IMG/VR virus record: IMGVR_UViG_3300022916_000894
Direction: 5' to 3' (one strand)
Source of the DNA: a virus
Taxonomy: Duplodnaviria; Heunggongvirae; Uroviricota; Caudoviricetes
DNA length: 64,000 nucleotides
The notes under the pieces were generated by a model. The model saw only the letters and a program-made list of their open reading frames with translations. It searched no databases and was not told where the DNA came from. The position numbers were made by a program, and so were the translations under genes. Shown here piece after piece: positions 31,358 through 42,297 of this stretch (position 1 is its first letter; the number at the start of each line of letters is the position of its first letter).

Positions 31358-32161
31358 TTACGTACCATTTCCATACACCGTATTATGAGTTCTTGAGACG
31401 CGAATAAATTCACAGCATTTATTAAAATACTTTAACTTACTCGCTCCAACATACGTGCAAGCCGATCTTAAACCACCAAGAATGTCTTGAACAATATCTT
31501 CTGCCTTACCTTTATAGGGAATTGAAACAGTTTTTCCCTCAGAAGTTCTATATTTTTTTACTCCATCATGGTATTTTTCTTGTGCATCCTTAGATGACAT
31601 ACCGTAAAATTTCAAAGTTTTTTTACCAACATTTTTAGCAGTTTTTTCAAGTTCTGTTTCTACATATCTAAGGGCATCTTCCCAAGAATGAAACATTTTA
31701 CCTTCACCACTGTTTTGCTGTTCATACGAAGAAATCGTAATAGGAATATTCTCCTTGTCAACAATTCTTGTTCTCATGCTTTCTCGTACATAATTATTCA
31801 AAGATGAATAATATTCGTGTCGTTTTTGTTCTTCGTCTTGCAATTCGTGATATTCCCATTCGCCCTCACATTCGCTTGTGCCAGCGAAGAATCCACCCAA
31901 CATAACGAAGTCAGCACCAGCGCCAAATGCCTTACAGACATCACCTGTGACGTTACAGCCCCCATCAGAGCAGACATGACCATCCAATCCGTGTGCTGCA
32001 CTTTTTGTCTCTAACACCGCTGACAATTGAGGATATCCACAATTATGAACAACCATGCTCTCGACACAATAAGAATGATTGTTTTCAACTGTTAAATCAT
32101 AAACGTCTTCTAGATTAGATTTTACATTTTTTTTAAATACTTTTTTAAGTTTGAATTTCAT
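31358..32161 (-). CDS. guaC: GMP reductase/IMPDH-family C-terminal half, preceded by a ~40-aa C-intein (split-intein C fragment)
   Basis: It begins MKFKLKK...MVVHN|CGYPQLSAV...DGGC...[14 protein letters not shown]...FYGMSS...[16 protein letters not shown]. This aligns with E. coli GuaC from VGYPQLSAV onward. Confidence 0.8.
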   Translation of the reverse strand: MKFKLKKVFKKNVKSNLEDVYDLTVENNHSYCVESMVVHNCGYPQLSAVLETKSAAHGLDGHVCSDGGCNVTGDVCKAFGAGADFVMLGGFFAGTSECEGEWEYHELQDEEQKRHEYYSSLNNYVRESMRTRIVDKENIPITISSYEQQNSGEGKMFHSWEDALRYVETELEKTAKNVGKKTLKFYGMSSKDAQEKYHDGVKKYRTSEGKTVSIPYKGKAEDIVQDILGGLRSACTYVGASKLKYFNKCCEFIRVSRTHNTVYGNGT

Positions 32162-32858
32162 GATTATTTTTCCTGTAATCTACTATCAGTTTGCACCAAC
32201 CGATCAATTCATCTTGTGACATTTTTTGTTTCATAAGATTAACATTTTTGTGTAACCACTGGACATTTCCTTTAATATAACCTTTTGAATTATCTATTCT
32301 ATCTAAACTCGCTGTGGTTTCTCCTCTTTGAAATCCACGAGAAGATCGAGAGAATTTTATATCAACTCCACTTAAAGAACATTTTTTTTCTTGTTTTAAA
32401 AATAATTTCCATGCGTACTTTATACTTATATTAAATTGATGGCTCCTTTTCGCTGCCCCTTTTCTTATATTGCCCCACCATTTTCCGTGTATGTCCTCAT
32501 AACCATTCCAAAACTTATTTTTTCGACTTCTTTCTTTTGAATATAAATAACATCCACAAGAAATATTTTCTTTTCGATTAATGGATTTTGTTGGAAATTC
32601 TCTTAATTTGCCACATTCACATTCACAAAGCCAGTAAATAGACCCGTTTTTAGACCCAATTTTTTTAATTACTTTTAGTTTATTAAATTGGTGTCCCACT
32701 AAATCCAACTTGGGTATTTTTATGTTGTTGTTTTTACAAAAAGTATAAATTAGACCCACAGAACAACCGTATTCTTTGGCTATATTTTTGACCTTTTGAC
32801 CTGAATTAATCTTCTTTTTAATATCTTTTTTTTCTAGATTAAATTTGGCTTTAGACAT
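32145..32858 (-). CDS. Free-standing HNH homing endonuclease located between the two halves of the fractured guaC gene
   Basis: A C-terminal HNH-type motif reads [23 protein letters not shown]. An N-terminal helix-turn-helix is present. Confidence 0.6.
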   Translation of the reverse strand: MSKAKFNLEKKDIKKKINSGQKVKNIAKEYGCSVGLIYTFCKNNNIKIPKLDLVGHQFNKLKVIKKIGSKNGSIYWLCECECGKLREFPTKSINRKENISCGCYLYSKERSRKNKFWNGYEDIHGKWWGNIRKGAAKRSHQFNISIKYAWKLFLKQEKKCSLSGVDIKFSRSSRGFQRGETTASLDRIDNSKGYIKGNVQWLHKNVNLMKQKMSQDELIGWCKLIVDYRKNNHEIQT

Positions 32859-32920
32859 AATATTTCTCCATAGTGTATAAAATAGGTAAATCTATACTAT
32901 TTTATACACTATAAAATAAT

Positions 32921-33877
32921 TTATTCCTCTATTTCTATGAGAAAATGATGATCAGTTAAATTAACAGCTTCTACCCAATATGCAAAATTGTGTAAATTGT
33001 TTTCATTAACTAAATCAGCTTTGTTTTTATCGATTACATAAAACTCATGATCTTTTGTGCATATCACACCGTTTATCTCTAATAAATCTTCTTTTTCTTT
33101 TAGTCTATTATTTTTCTTAACTTTTTGATAAGTTCCGTCGTGAGTTAATACATAATTACCCACTTTGATATCTTCAATATTTATTAATCCTTTTTTAGTA
33201 TTAACTTTAGTCCCAGCAACAAAACAACCCGTCTTTATACGAGTCGTACACACACTTCCTGATCCAATCCCGCATTTTACGATATCTACACCGGAAAGGA
33301 TCAATTGTTCTGCCATTTCATAAGTCACTACATTGCCAGCCATTATAGTGCTATTCGGAAATTCTTTTCTTATCTTTTCAACTCGTTCCAAAAAATATTC
33401 CGTATATCCGTTTGCAACATCAATACAAAGCATTCTTGGAAATGTTTTCTTCATTTCTTTATAGCATCTAGTTCTCCACATTGGAGGTTGATTGCTTGTG
33501 TCAAAATCATTTATTTTTACATATAGTGCAACCGCTACTTCTTTCAATTTTTCAAAGTCATCATCGCCAATGCCAACAGTGTAAAAGACATTATCCCATA
33601 TGTTTTGATTGTCGGCAAAAAAATCTGTCAGTTCTTCGATTGAATAATGCTTATGTAATGCCGTGAGCATTTTGTATTCTGCTAATGCTTGAGCCATGGC
33701 AAATGTTCCGGTGGTGTCCATATTCGCGGCAATAATTGGTAAACCAGTCCATTCTTTTCCGCTATTTTTGAAAGTATATGTTCTTTCTAATTCGATATGT
33801 GATCGGGAGGGAACCTTACTACGTTTGGGACGTATTAAAACGTCATCAAAATCTAACTTCAATTCTTCCGTATGCAT
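32921..33877 (-). CDS. guaC: GMP reductase/IMPDH-family N-terminal half fused to a ~105-aa N-intein (split-intein N fragment)
   Basis: Extein motifs [27 protein letters not shown] and [18 protein letters not shown] are followed by |[10 protein letters not shown]... (intein block A). The frame ends in IEIEE-stop. Confidence 0.8.
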   Translation of the reverse strand: MHTEELKLDFDDVLIRPKRSKVPSRSHIELERTYTFKNSGKEWTGLPIIAANMDTTGTFAMAQALAEYKMLTALHKHYSIEELTDFFADNQNIWDNVFYTVGIGDDDFEKLKEVAVALYVKINDFDTSNQPPMWRTRCYKEMKKTFPRMLCIDVANGYTEYFLERVEKIRKEFPNSTIMAGNVVTYEMAEQLILSGVDIVKCGIGSGSVCTTRIKTGCFVAGTKVNTKKGLINIEDIKVGNYVLTHDGTYQKVKKNNRLKEKEDLLEINGVICTKDHEFYVIDKNKADLVNENNLHNFAYWVEAVNLTDHHFLIEIEE

Positions 33878-34320
33878 ATTATTTCCTTACAAGTGATTTC
33901 CTTCTTTCATTAATTTGTCCAAGATACTCACAGTGTTTTTTTCTTTATTAACGAAATCTGATTCTATCCTATTGAAAATACTTTTTATTGTATTCTCTAA
34001 TTCTGAATTTTTTTCTATCCCCAAATGGACAGACACTGTTTTCTTGGCTGATATACTACTGTGCCCGCTGGCATAACAACTAATTTCGTAACGAAATTGC
34101 TTAGACCAGAAACGCTGTTTTCTATAAATGGTTATCGAAAGATAATGTTCAAATCCAAAATCGTTACCATCTTCTGTGGCTATAAATGTTTCATAGGCAT
34201 CCCAATCTGTACATGGTGATGCCACCCACTTGTCTGTCGTATATTCTGTAGCTATTTTATTAAACAATTCAATGAATTTTATTTTTTCTTCGTCAGTAAA
34301 TGATGTTATTCTGTTGTTCA

Positions 34321-35082
34321 TTATTTCTCCAATTTCTCTAACGGATAAACCAATGGTTCCACAACAGCACTGATTTCCTCAAACGATGGTCTAATGTCTG
34401 ATCTTGTTCCTATTCCATCATCTGTTTTCACCAAAAATGTTCCATTCTTCTCTACATTACTCAAATCTGTAGCCCAATTTTTACCCTTTTGGTGCAACAG
34501 TTCGTGCATGTCGTCCTGATTCTTGTTCATTAATGCTTTGTGAGAATAGACAGAACGAGCATACATTTGTAAACTATTACGTTTCCAATCTTGGCAACGC
34601 CACAATAGGTAATTTGAAACATCTTCTCTTGGCACATTAAATGCTCTAGAATCAAAATAACCATTAGGAATAGGTCTTAACCTTGTTACTGCTGATCCAT
34701 TGACCACAATATTCTCGTCTAGATATCTATAATAACTATTAAAATGCAAAGTCATTACAGATGCAGACATAGATATCATTTTACTAAGATTGTAGTTAAA
34801 CCATCCTTGTGTGTTTATTTCATCATAATCTGTGATTACAAACGATGCTTCATCTGATTGGACATATCCAACCTTGAATCCCTGCATATCATCTGCCACC
34901 TGTTTTGCACCGTGAACCATTGCCGATATAATGTTCTTATCGAAAGGCTTTTCACAGTGTTTGGTGAATGTGTGAAATGCTCGTCCATCGACGCGACAGA
35001 TTACTGGCATTCTTCCTACAAGGAAATTACGAGAAACTCCCTCGTATCCTTTTATTCTGTCACCTAAACTTGTCTTATCCAT
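34321..35082 (-). CDS. Thg1-like protein (tRNA-His guanylyltransferase family, 3'-5' nucleotidyltransferase)
   Basis: RVDGRAFHTFTK, KPFD and GYVQSDEASFV match the Thg1 signatures. Confidence 0.65.
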   Translation of the reverse strand: MDKTSLGDRIKGYEGVSRNFLVGRMPVICRVDGRAFHTFTKHCEKPFDKNIISAMVHGAKQVADDMQGFKVGYVQSDEASFVITDYDEINTQGWFNYNLSKMISMSASVMTLHFNSYYRYLDENIVVNGSAVTRLRPIPNGYFDSRAFNVPREDVSNYLLWRCQDWKRNSLQMYARSVYSHKALMNKNQDDMHELLHQKGKNWATDLSNVEKNGTFLVKTDDGIGTRSDIRPSFEEISAVVEPLVYPLEKLEK

Positions 35083-35084
35083 TT

Positions 35085-35555
35085 TTATTCTCTTTCAGAA
35101 AGCCATCCATTTCCGTCATTTACATCAGTAATTTGCCATGTGTCATTTCCAACATAAGCTGGGGCCATAAGCCATATCTTATATTTTATACGCACATTCT
35201 TTCCAATGTTATCTTGTAAGAATTTACCAATCTTATCATCGTTGGTAGAAAAACCATACTTGATAAAATCTCTGTTCTCTTCACCAGCAGTTCCTTTTAT
35301 CTCATATGTTTCCCAAATTATGCCTTCATAATTGCAGTGCATAATATTTACATCAACTTCACCGCTTCCATAATTGGGTCCAAGGCCCGTAGTCATATAT
35401 AGGGTTCCCAAACAAAGTGGAACAACCAATATTCCTGCCAACATGAAATAAATTGCTACATTGCCTAATTTGCCCCAGCCGCTCAATTTCCAAACTGCTA
35501 TAGACGGGAGCAAAAACACGATAATAAAACCAATCAAAATTAATAAACCACCCAT
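35085..35555 (-). CDS. Membrane protein
   Basis: Two N-terminal hydrophobic helices. Confidence 0.35.
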   Translation of the reverse strand: MGGLLILIGFIIVFLLPSIAVWKLSGWGKLGNVAIYFMLAGILVVPLCLGTLYMTTGLGPNYGSGEVDVNIMHCNYEGIIWETYEIKGTAGEENRDFIKYGFSTNDDKIGKFLQDNIGKNVRIKYKIWLMAPAYVGNDTWQITDVNDGNGWLSERE

Positions 35556-35603
35556 AATGCGTCTCCTTTCATTTTCATTATAGTGTCAGTAAAATTAACT
35601 TAA

Positions 35604-37628
35604 TTATTCTTCAAATAAATCTGTTTCTTTTTCGACTTCGTAATTGGTAATTAATAATTCCTTGCCGACTTTTTTCTGTTTATTGTCTTCGCCAGCATCT
35701 TCTGAACTCGACGTTCCACAATATGTCCATTCCTCATCGAAAATATGGAATCCATCTTTTGGCAAATATAATTCTCTTATTAACTTATGATCGTCGTAAC
35801 TAATTAACACATTGTGTTTACATTGTTTAATAATTCCTGCCAACTTAATATGATCTTCTTCTGTGAAATTATTTGCATACAATTGTGAACTCTTAGCTAA
35901 ATCAGAATTTACGACATAAGGCGGATCACAATTATGCGACATAACACCATCCACACATATCAAATTATCTTTATCAACATGTAAATTGTAAACATTGCCT
36001 AAAAAATCAATATTTGAAATTCTTGTAATTCTTGACAAAATATAATCGTTTGTTATTTTACGCTGTGGTCTACTTTTGCCGCTTTCGATGTCATAACCTA
36101 ATTTTTTAATTTCATCGGCAATAGAAAAATAAACATCATAACAGTTTTGACGTTTTTTGAAGCCAGGTCGCAATTTACATTGGAGAGCTATGTCATACAT
36201 TTGTAAAGCTAATTCATAAGAAGCACTAGTGCCAGTTACTTTACCCTTACCGTTACCGGGATTCCAAAATCCCCCATCTCCCAAAAGCCACGATTTTAGA
36301 ATCTGAAATAATATTTTCTGAGGAGCTTCCAATATTTTATTGCTGAATCTTTTATTAGGGATATCACATCTGCGACTTTTTCCTTTAACCCATTTGCGGA
36401 TAAAAGAGCTTATTACAACAGAGTGGATGGCAACAGTTGTTACACTATCGCTAGGTGATTTTTCATAAACAACAGGCTTATAATTAAATACATCTTCTAT
36501 ATCTTGACAAAGCTTTTTGATTATTTCTTTTTCTTTTACACTAAAATAAAAATGCACTATATATTTTGAGGCAGTTCCTTCAGCGGAATAAAGCCCTAAT
36601 ATATTGGCAATTTTAATATCATCTTGAATAAAAGATATTTTATTTATCTTGGTTTTTCTTTTATCGCCGTAATATGGGTCACCTTTGTACGGCTCAAAAC
36701 CCCAGTTCCATTGATTGCCGTTGTCGCAGCCAACAGGGACACATAGATAATCCCCAATTTGTAATTTTCCGGCATCAATAAGTTTTATCGATTTCTCTAA
36801 TTTCTCAACGTTTCTTTTTTCTTGTTTAGAATTTATTTTTTTTATAGCCATCATCGGGTGATCATCAGTAATATTTATCATAAACGGTGAGCCTTGAATT
36901 TTAATATTTACGATTTTGCCATTATAATGATTACAAAAGACTTTTTTGACTGTCCTGCCTCCTAAGACTTTATCTCCAATTTCAATATTTTGTATTTTCT
37001 TAAGAGTTCTGTTGGCCATTTTAACTTTAGAATCTTTTGGAAAACAATATATAAAAACATCCTTACCTGGTTCTTTAAGCAAGATAGAAGCACAATGATT
37101 GGTTATTCTTGCTCCTTTTATATGTTTTGCTGCTTTTTCTAGTGTATCGCCTTTAACGATATTCCATCCTTGAGGATTTGAATAGTATAATCGTGAAGGT
37201 CTGTCATAATCAACTCTACCACCCCAATTAGTCCTATTAAGGAAGAAATAACGCAATGCCCTATCCATGTCTTTATCTGCAACGAATTTATCGAAAACCT
37301 CTTTTAAACGAGCGTTATAAATCTCTTTTCCGCCTGGTTTAGAGGAAGTTAGGGTTTCGCCCGCCTTTTGTGGTTCGATGGCCTTACAGAGCGATATAAA
37401 GGCTTCTGGGCGGTTCCTGAAAGCATCATAGACAGCTATTAGATTGCTGTCTATATCGTTAATCCACCGTTTTTTACATTTGGTGCTAGGGATATCGAAA
37501 AACAGCCCTCCACCGCCTACAAATGGTTCTCTATACTCAGAAAACTCTTTGGGCGCTTTAGCCCAGAGTTTATCCAATATGCTTTTTTTTGATTTTCCGC
37601 CAGGATAGCGAAACAGTGATTTCGGCAT
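35604..37628 (-). CDS. dam: Dam-family N6-adenine DNA methyltransferase interrupted by a ~395-aa LAGLIDADG intein
   Basis: YPGGK and PFVGGGG motifs are present. The intein sits at DVFIY|CFPKDSKV...VMSHN|CDPPY, i.e. at the catalytic DPPY motif. LAGLIDADG-like motifs ILGLYSAEG and WLLGDGGFW lie inside the intein. Confidence 0.75.
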   Translation of the reverse strand: MPKSLFRYPGGKSKKSILDKLWAKAPKEFSEYREPFVGGGGLFFDIPSTKCKKRWINDIDSNLIAVYDAFRNRPEAFISLCKAIEPQKAGETLTSSKPGGKEIYNARLKEVFDKFVADKDMDRALRYFFLNRTNWGGRVDYDRPSRLYYSNPQGWNIVKGDTLEKAAKHIKGARITNHCASILLKEPGKDVFIYCFPKDSKVKMANRTLKKIQNIEIGDKVLGGRTVKKVFCNHYNGKIVNIKIQGSPFMINITDDHPMMAIKKINSKQEKRNVEKLEKSIKLIDAGKLQIGDYLCVPVGCDNGNQWNWGFEPYKGDPYYGDKRKTKINKISFIQDDIKIANILGLYSAEGTASKYIVHFYFSVKEKEIIKKLCQDIEDVFNYKPVVYEKSPSDSVTTVAIHSVVISSFIRKWVKGKSRRCDIPNKRFSNKILEAPQKILFQILKSWLLGDGGFWNPGNGKGKVTGTSASYELALQMYDIALQCKLRPGFKKRQNCYDVYFSIADEIKKLGYDIESGKSRPQRKITNDYILSRITRISNIDFLGNVYNLHVDKDNLICVDGVMSHNCDPPYVVNSDLAKSSQLYANNFTEEDHIKLAGIIKQCKHNVLISYDDHKLIRELYLPKDGFHIFDEEWTYCGTSSSEDAGEDNKQKKVGKELLITNYEVEKETDLFEE

Positions 37629-37641
37629 TTTATTTCCTCTA

Positions 37642-38757
37642 TTATATTATAGAGTCATCTAGTTCAATTTTCATAACAGAATTGGGATATACAATAGACA
37701 TTCCTATTTTCTCCGATGTTGTGCATGTATTATCATCATTATAGTGTGTTTGCAAATCTTTTTCTAGGGGCAATACACCACAACGATCAGGAGAACCCAT
37801 AATATATATGGACTTTTCTGGAACAGCCTCATGAACTAAAATCCTGCAAAGCCACATATAGCCGTATAAAGGATTTATAAAATGCCACGAGTTCCTATAT
37901 TCATTTATCTCAAGTTCATCATCAGTAAATAAGTGCTTTATTTTTTCCATTGTATTTGGATTAATAATCATATTAACCACCAAATCTTCTTGGCACTCTA
38001 TAAACGCGAAAGCATCATTGACGGCATCGTGCAAATCCTCCTTTTTATCACAAACAAATATATGTGTTTGTAAATTACGAGAACGCTTACAATGTTTTAA
38101 TGGATTCATCCAATAATTATCTTCAATCTCTGATAAACAGTTAAAATCCAACAGATAAATCAAATCATTCAGTTCTGTTTTCTCTAAATGCTCCGAAAGT
38201 TTTTTCACCTTTTCGTTGGCACTCTTTGTGAATGTTTTATTTTTGAATCCTTTAATTTCTTTTTCAGTGAATTGCAAAGAAGTACCTTCGATATCATAAG
38301 TGGGAACCGTAATACATTTTCTGTTTTGCCAATAAAAACTTGGATATATATTACTTGATGGCAATCTCCAACGTTGCTGTATTTCCCTTGGCCTAGCTGG
38401 GCATACAGGTGAGAAAAACATAGGGAAATCAGTTCTCATATAAACGGCAAAATCTCCTTTGCTATAAGAGTCTCGTTCATAAATAGGTTTTTTCTTTGGT
38501 GGAATTTCATCTACAAGTAAACACATTCTTGTTATCCAATAATGTTCAGCATGTCTACAAATAAAATGGTGTACTTGATTGGCAACAAATTCTTTTTCTT
38601 CTTGATTTAAATGAAGTGGCTTGTTGTTAGATGCTAATAATTTGATAGGCAATGCCCCACTCGCACTAGCAACTGCTAAAGTTTTTAAGAAATTTCTTCT
38701 ATTCATTTTATTTTCCTTTGCGTGTATATTTTGCTTTTCTAAACAATTTGTCAGCAT
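37642..38757 (-). CDS. Secreted protein with a twin-arginine (Tat) signal peptide
   Basis: N-terminal RRNFLKTLAVASASGA. Confidence 0.5.
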   Translation of the reverse strand: MLTNCLEKQNIHAKENKMNRRNFLKTLAVASASGALPIKLLASNNKPLHLNQEEKEFVANQVHHFICRHAEHYWITRMCLLVDEIPPKKKPIYERDSYSKGDFAVYMRTDFPMFFSPVCPARPREIQQRWRLPSSNIYPSFYWQNRKCITVPTYDIEGTSLQFTEKEIKGFKNKTFTKSANEKVKKLSEHLEKTELNDLIYLLDFNCLSEIEDNYWMNPLKHCKRSRNLQTHIFVCDKKEDLHDAVNDAFAFIECQEDLVVNMIINPNTMEKIKHLFTDDELEINEYRNSWHFINPLYGYMWLCRILVHEAVPEKSIYIMGSPDRCGVLPLEKDLQTHYNDDNTCTTSEKIGMSIVYPNSVMKIELDDSII

Positions 38758-39337
38758 GTTTTTTGATAACTTTTTCAGCGTCTTTATTCCATCGTCTAAT
38801 TTCTATCTTCCCATCTTCTCTTTTGTTAGAAAGCCATCCGGCCAAATCTTTGCCAGGCACTCTAATCGCCTTCTTATTTGGAGAAAAACCGTGATACAGT
38901 TTATGAGGATATACTTCTAACAATTTTTCTAAAACATCTTTACGAAGTATCATCCACCATTCACGATCACAAATTACAACTTTACCGTTTTCTTCCTTAA
39001 TGGCACTTTTCATTGAATTAGTTTTAATTGTGATAAATGGAAGATCAGGATAATCTTTTCCCATATCACATGTTTTGATTTCCACTAAATGAGTTTCGCC
39101 ATCAATAACAAACTTTTTATCTGGACGACTTAAATCTTTTACCGTCGCATTTTCAATCATCTTGCCAGTGCCATCACCTATTCCGTAATGCTCAACTTCT
39201 ACATTGTGGCCGCACTGCTCCATTTCGGCCTTCATTGTTTCTGCCCAAATGTCTTCTCTTGCTTCCCACGCTGAAATGTCTTTTTTAAATTGTTTTTCGG
39301 TACGATTGTCACGACGGTTATCTAAACTTTTACTCAT
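38708..39337 (-). CDS. Hypothetical protein
   Basis: ORF only. Confidence 0.3.
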   Translation of the reverse strand: MSKSLDNRRDNRTEKQFKKDISAWEAREDIWAETMKAEMEQCGHNVEVEHYGIGDGTGKMIENATVKDLSRPDKKFVIDGETHLVEIKTCDMGKDYPDLPFITIKTNSMKSAIKEENGKVVICDREWWMILRKDVLEKLLEVYPHKLYHGFSPNKKAIRVPGKDLAGWLSNKREDGKIEIRRWNKDAEKVIKKHADKLFRKAKYTRKGK

Positions 39338-39866
39338 ATGATTCCTTAGATTGTTTAATACCTTTTGTCGTTAAATATTGTTTCATGATTTCAAACGATT
39401 CCCAAAAATCGCCTTGAAATTCAATAAGTTCTACTCCCTTACAGTAATCGACCATTCTTTGAATGGCCGCAAGTTCTTTTCTTCCTTCTTCTGTTTCTAA
39501 CATATTAGAAGTGATCGGCCCATAGACAATTTTTTTGATTCCACTTTGCACTAACGCCCTAAAGCAATCAGAACATGGGAATCCTGTGATATATGCCGTA
39601 GCCCCTTCCAGTGACCCATTGTAATTGAAAATTGCGTTACGTTCGCTATGTTCCATCTCAAAATATTTTTCAGGGGGTTGTAATGAAACTTTTTTGTCAT
39701 CTGAACCCCTCAATGGCCCATTATATCCAAAACTTAAAGGCTTATTATTCTTATCTATTATATAGCAACCATGTTTCGTTCTCGGATCAATCGACCTTGA
39801 TGTTACCAGCATGGCAATAGCCATGTTGAAATTATCCCATGTTGTTCTTCCAAATTCATCAGCCAT
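39330..39866 (-). CDS. dCMP/cytidine deaminase family zinc enzyme (copy 1)
   Basis: HSERNAI and PCSDC zinc-ligand motifs. Confidence 0.7.
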   Translation of the reverse strand: MADEFGRTTWDNFNMAIAMLVTSRSIDPRTKHGCYIIDKNNKPLSFGYNGPLRGSDDKKVSLQPPEKYFEMEHSERNAIFNYNGSLEGATAYITGFPCSDCFRALVQSGIKKIVYGPITSNMLETEEGRKELAAIQRMVDYCKGVELIEFQGDFWESFEIMKQYLTTKGIKQSKESYE

Positions 39867-39875
39867 TGTTTCTCC

Positions 39876-40433
39876 TTATGGGCGTAGTATCTCTCCATTG
39901 AAACGGATTTCTACGTCACCAAGTTCGCCTTTGACAAAACGATAATTGACACCAGCTTCTGTTAACATAGATAGTGCTAATTCGATTTCACCCATCCATC
40001 GATCAGGTGTATTATCGATTGTTGTCTGGTGACCAACAACTTGACCGATTCCAGCTTGTATAATTGCTCTAGCACAATCGGTGCAAGCGTACCACGGGCA
40101 ATACATAGTTTTACCTAGTGTGGCTATACCCATCTTGGCAGCATAAAGAATAATGCCCCGCTCGGCGTGTTCCACATATTTATATTTAAGAGGTCTTTCC
40201 CATCGTTCATCTTTTTCTGCTACATTATTAGGAAAATGATTAGCCTCTGCTCCCAAAACGTTTCCACTCTTAGAAACAAGGATCGCTCCATTTTGAGTAT
40301 TTGGGTCAGTGGAAAATAATTCTGCTGCTTTATACGCTCTTCGTATTCCGTCCAAATCGCTTGTTACTATTCCATCAAATATTTCAGCAGACTTTGGAAC
40401 CATCACTTCTACATCGGTTTTAATTTCAGTCAT
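39876..40433 (-). CDS. dCMP/cytidine deaminase family zinc enzyme (copy 2)
   Basis: HAERGII and ACTDCARAI motifs. Confidence 0.7.
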   Translation of the reverse strand: MTEIKTDVEVMVPKSAEIFDGIVTSDLDGIRRAYKAAELFSTDPNTQNGAILVSKSGNVLGAEANHFPNNVAEKDERWERPLKYKYVEHAERGIILYAAKMGIATLGKTMYCPWYACTDCARAIIQAGIGQVVGHQTTIDNTPDRWMGEIELALSMLTEAGVNYRFVKGELGDVEIRFNGEILRP

Positions 40434-41103
40434 TCTTCTCTCCTTTTATATTCATTGCAATTTCTAAATCTCGAAATATTTTTCGATCTTCATCAGCTAT
40501 CGCTTCTTTTGCTATTGCTTTTTGTTCTATAGTTATGGCAGACGTAGACATATCCCCACTCTCCCATAGCCTATCCTCTACGAATTCCAGAATCTCATCA
40601 TAATTTCTTGGCAAAATAACAAATCCATCTTCGCCATAAAAATCTGTCATAAACTCTAACATCGCTTTATCTATGCTCACCGCTTCATCAAATGTGTGAA
40701 AACGTCCAGCTTCTTGATAATGCTCACGCACCCTTGGTGCGTCAATAAAGATATGTAAAGACGGATACTGCTTATCATATACTTTAACAATTTCTTTTAG
40801 CCCATCTGCATATGGGTACTTGTAATCATACGCATAAAATAGATTAACTGTTGGTGAACAATCTGTTACAATAAAATCGCATCCTCTTAAATAGATATCT
40901 GCTTGTCGCATTTGTAATGCATGGATATACATCTGATCATATCCTTGTATCTTATAATCCATATACGTAAATGGTTTAATGACTTCAGGGCTTAATTCAA
41001 CACTATGCCCTTGGATTTTCAGGTCAGCAAACAGCTTAGACATGATTGTTGATTTGCCACAGGCTGGTCCACCGTATAGTGATATGGCTCTTATCTTATC
41101 CAT
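40426..41103 (-). CDS. P-loop NTPase, putative (deoxy)nucleotide kinase
   Basis: Walker A is GGPACGKST. It sits inside the nucleotide-metabolism gene cluster. Confidence 0.45.
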   Translation of the reverse strand: MDKIRAISLYGGPACGKSTIMSKLFADLKIQGHSVELSPEVIKPFTYMDYKIQGYDQMYIHALQMRQADIYLRGCDFIVTDCSPTVNLFYAYDYKYPYADGLKEIVKVYDKQYPSLHIFIDAPRVREHYQEAGRFHTFDEAVSIDKAMLEFMTDFYGEDGFVILPRNYDEILEFVEDRLWESGDMSTSAITIEQKAIAKEAIADEDRKIFRDLEIAMNIKGEKND

Positions 41104-41197
41104 TAAATTGATTCGTTAATTTTTTCTAAATCTAGATCAGTATCTAGTGTTCTTTGTTTACACTCCAAACCAGTGGTTGGTGCATTGTTATCTAACA

Positions 41198-41956
41198 TTA
41201 TTCTTTCTCCTTATCTAAAAAATCGTAGTGAAACAAAAATACGAATTTATCTAAAAATCTTCTTTCCGCCTCTTCCGCTGTCATTGGTATAACAAAATAA
41301 CAATCAGGCTCAATACCAATTCCATCGATATCCCATTTCTCAGGCGGATTACTCATATTGTCTCGTCTCTCTGTCATTAACAGAGCATTATCTGCCTCTT
41401 TGATATATTCATCGATTCTTTCAGGAATTGGGTAAGACATTTCAAACGCTTCTGCAATTGCTTCCAGATTTTTCTCTTCCAATTCCTTAAATTCTGGCAT
41501 ACACTTTTTTACTGGTCTTGGCACATCTGCCAAGTAAGCCTCTGCTGCGTCATGCATCAAAACCCATCTTTGAATTTCATGCATATCTTCATGGAATTTG
41601 ACCCAATCAGTATGGATATCTCCCACGTTATATTCACCAGCCCTCAGTATCTTCTCATGATTATGCCTATCAAAATACTCTACGCATCGCACAGAATGCT
41701 CTGCAACCGAATAAAATCGTTTACAGTGCCCACCAAAACGACATTTTAACGCTAGAGCATGAGCGATATCTTTAATGTCAACTTCTTCTGGTCGAGGGTC
41801 TAATGGGAAATATTTCTTACCAACATAAGTCTGAATCCATCTGCCTTTTCTTGGTTTAGATGGAATATCTTTACCATCTTCCATGGTTTTCAGTGGACCA
41901 GATGTTACACTATAATTCTGCAAAAGTTCTGCGGCTTTTTTGGGTCTTTTATTCAT
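41198..41956 (-). CDS. HD-domain 5'-deoxynucleotidase (YfbR-like)
   Basis: YSVAEHS...LMHDAAEAYLADVP. Confidence 0.6.
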   Translation of the reverse strand: MNKRPKKAAELLQNYSVTSGPLKTMEDGKDIPSKPRKGRWIQTYVGKKYFPLDPRPEEVDIKDIAHALALKCRFGGHCKRFYSVAEHSVRCVEYFDRHNHEKILRAGEYNVGDIHTDWVKFHEDMHEIQRWVLMHDAAEAYLADVPRPVKKCMPEFKELEEKNLEAIAEAFEMSYPIPERIDEYIKEADNALLMTERRDNMSNPPEKWDIDGIGIEPDCYFVIPMTAEEAERRFLDKFVFLFHYDFLDKEKE

Positions 41957-42297
41957 CCAACTTGTCTCCTATCGTATCCATGTATCTCAGTTTTGACCCC
42001 AATGAATTTGCATAGCACAAATATTCTATGGCCAAATCTTTTTTACCAAGTTCTAGAAGTGTAGATATGTTTTCTCTCACACCGATAAAATCTATTAATC
42101 TTAATGAATGTCCTTGTATATCTTTTTCAAAGGCTTCTCTGCTTAATAAATTTTTGTCTAACATATTCTTCATGTTAAGACCGCGTTCCAAAAATTCGTC
42201 CATTGTAATTGGAAGTTCTACTCCATATTTTTCCAATTCAATTGATAAAACAGTGATTCCAATTCCAGATTTCGCATTTTCTTGTAGTGTAATCATA

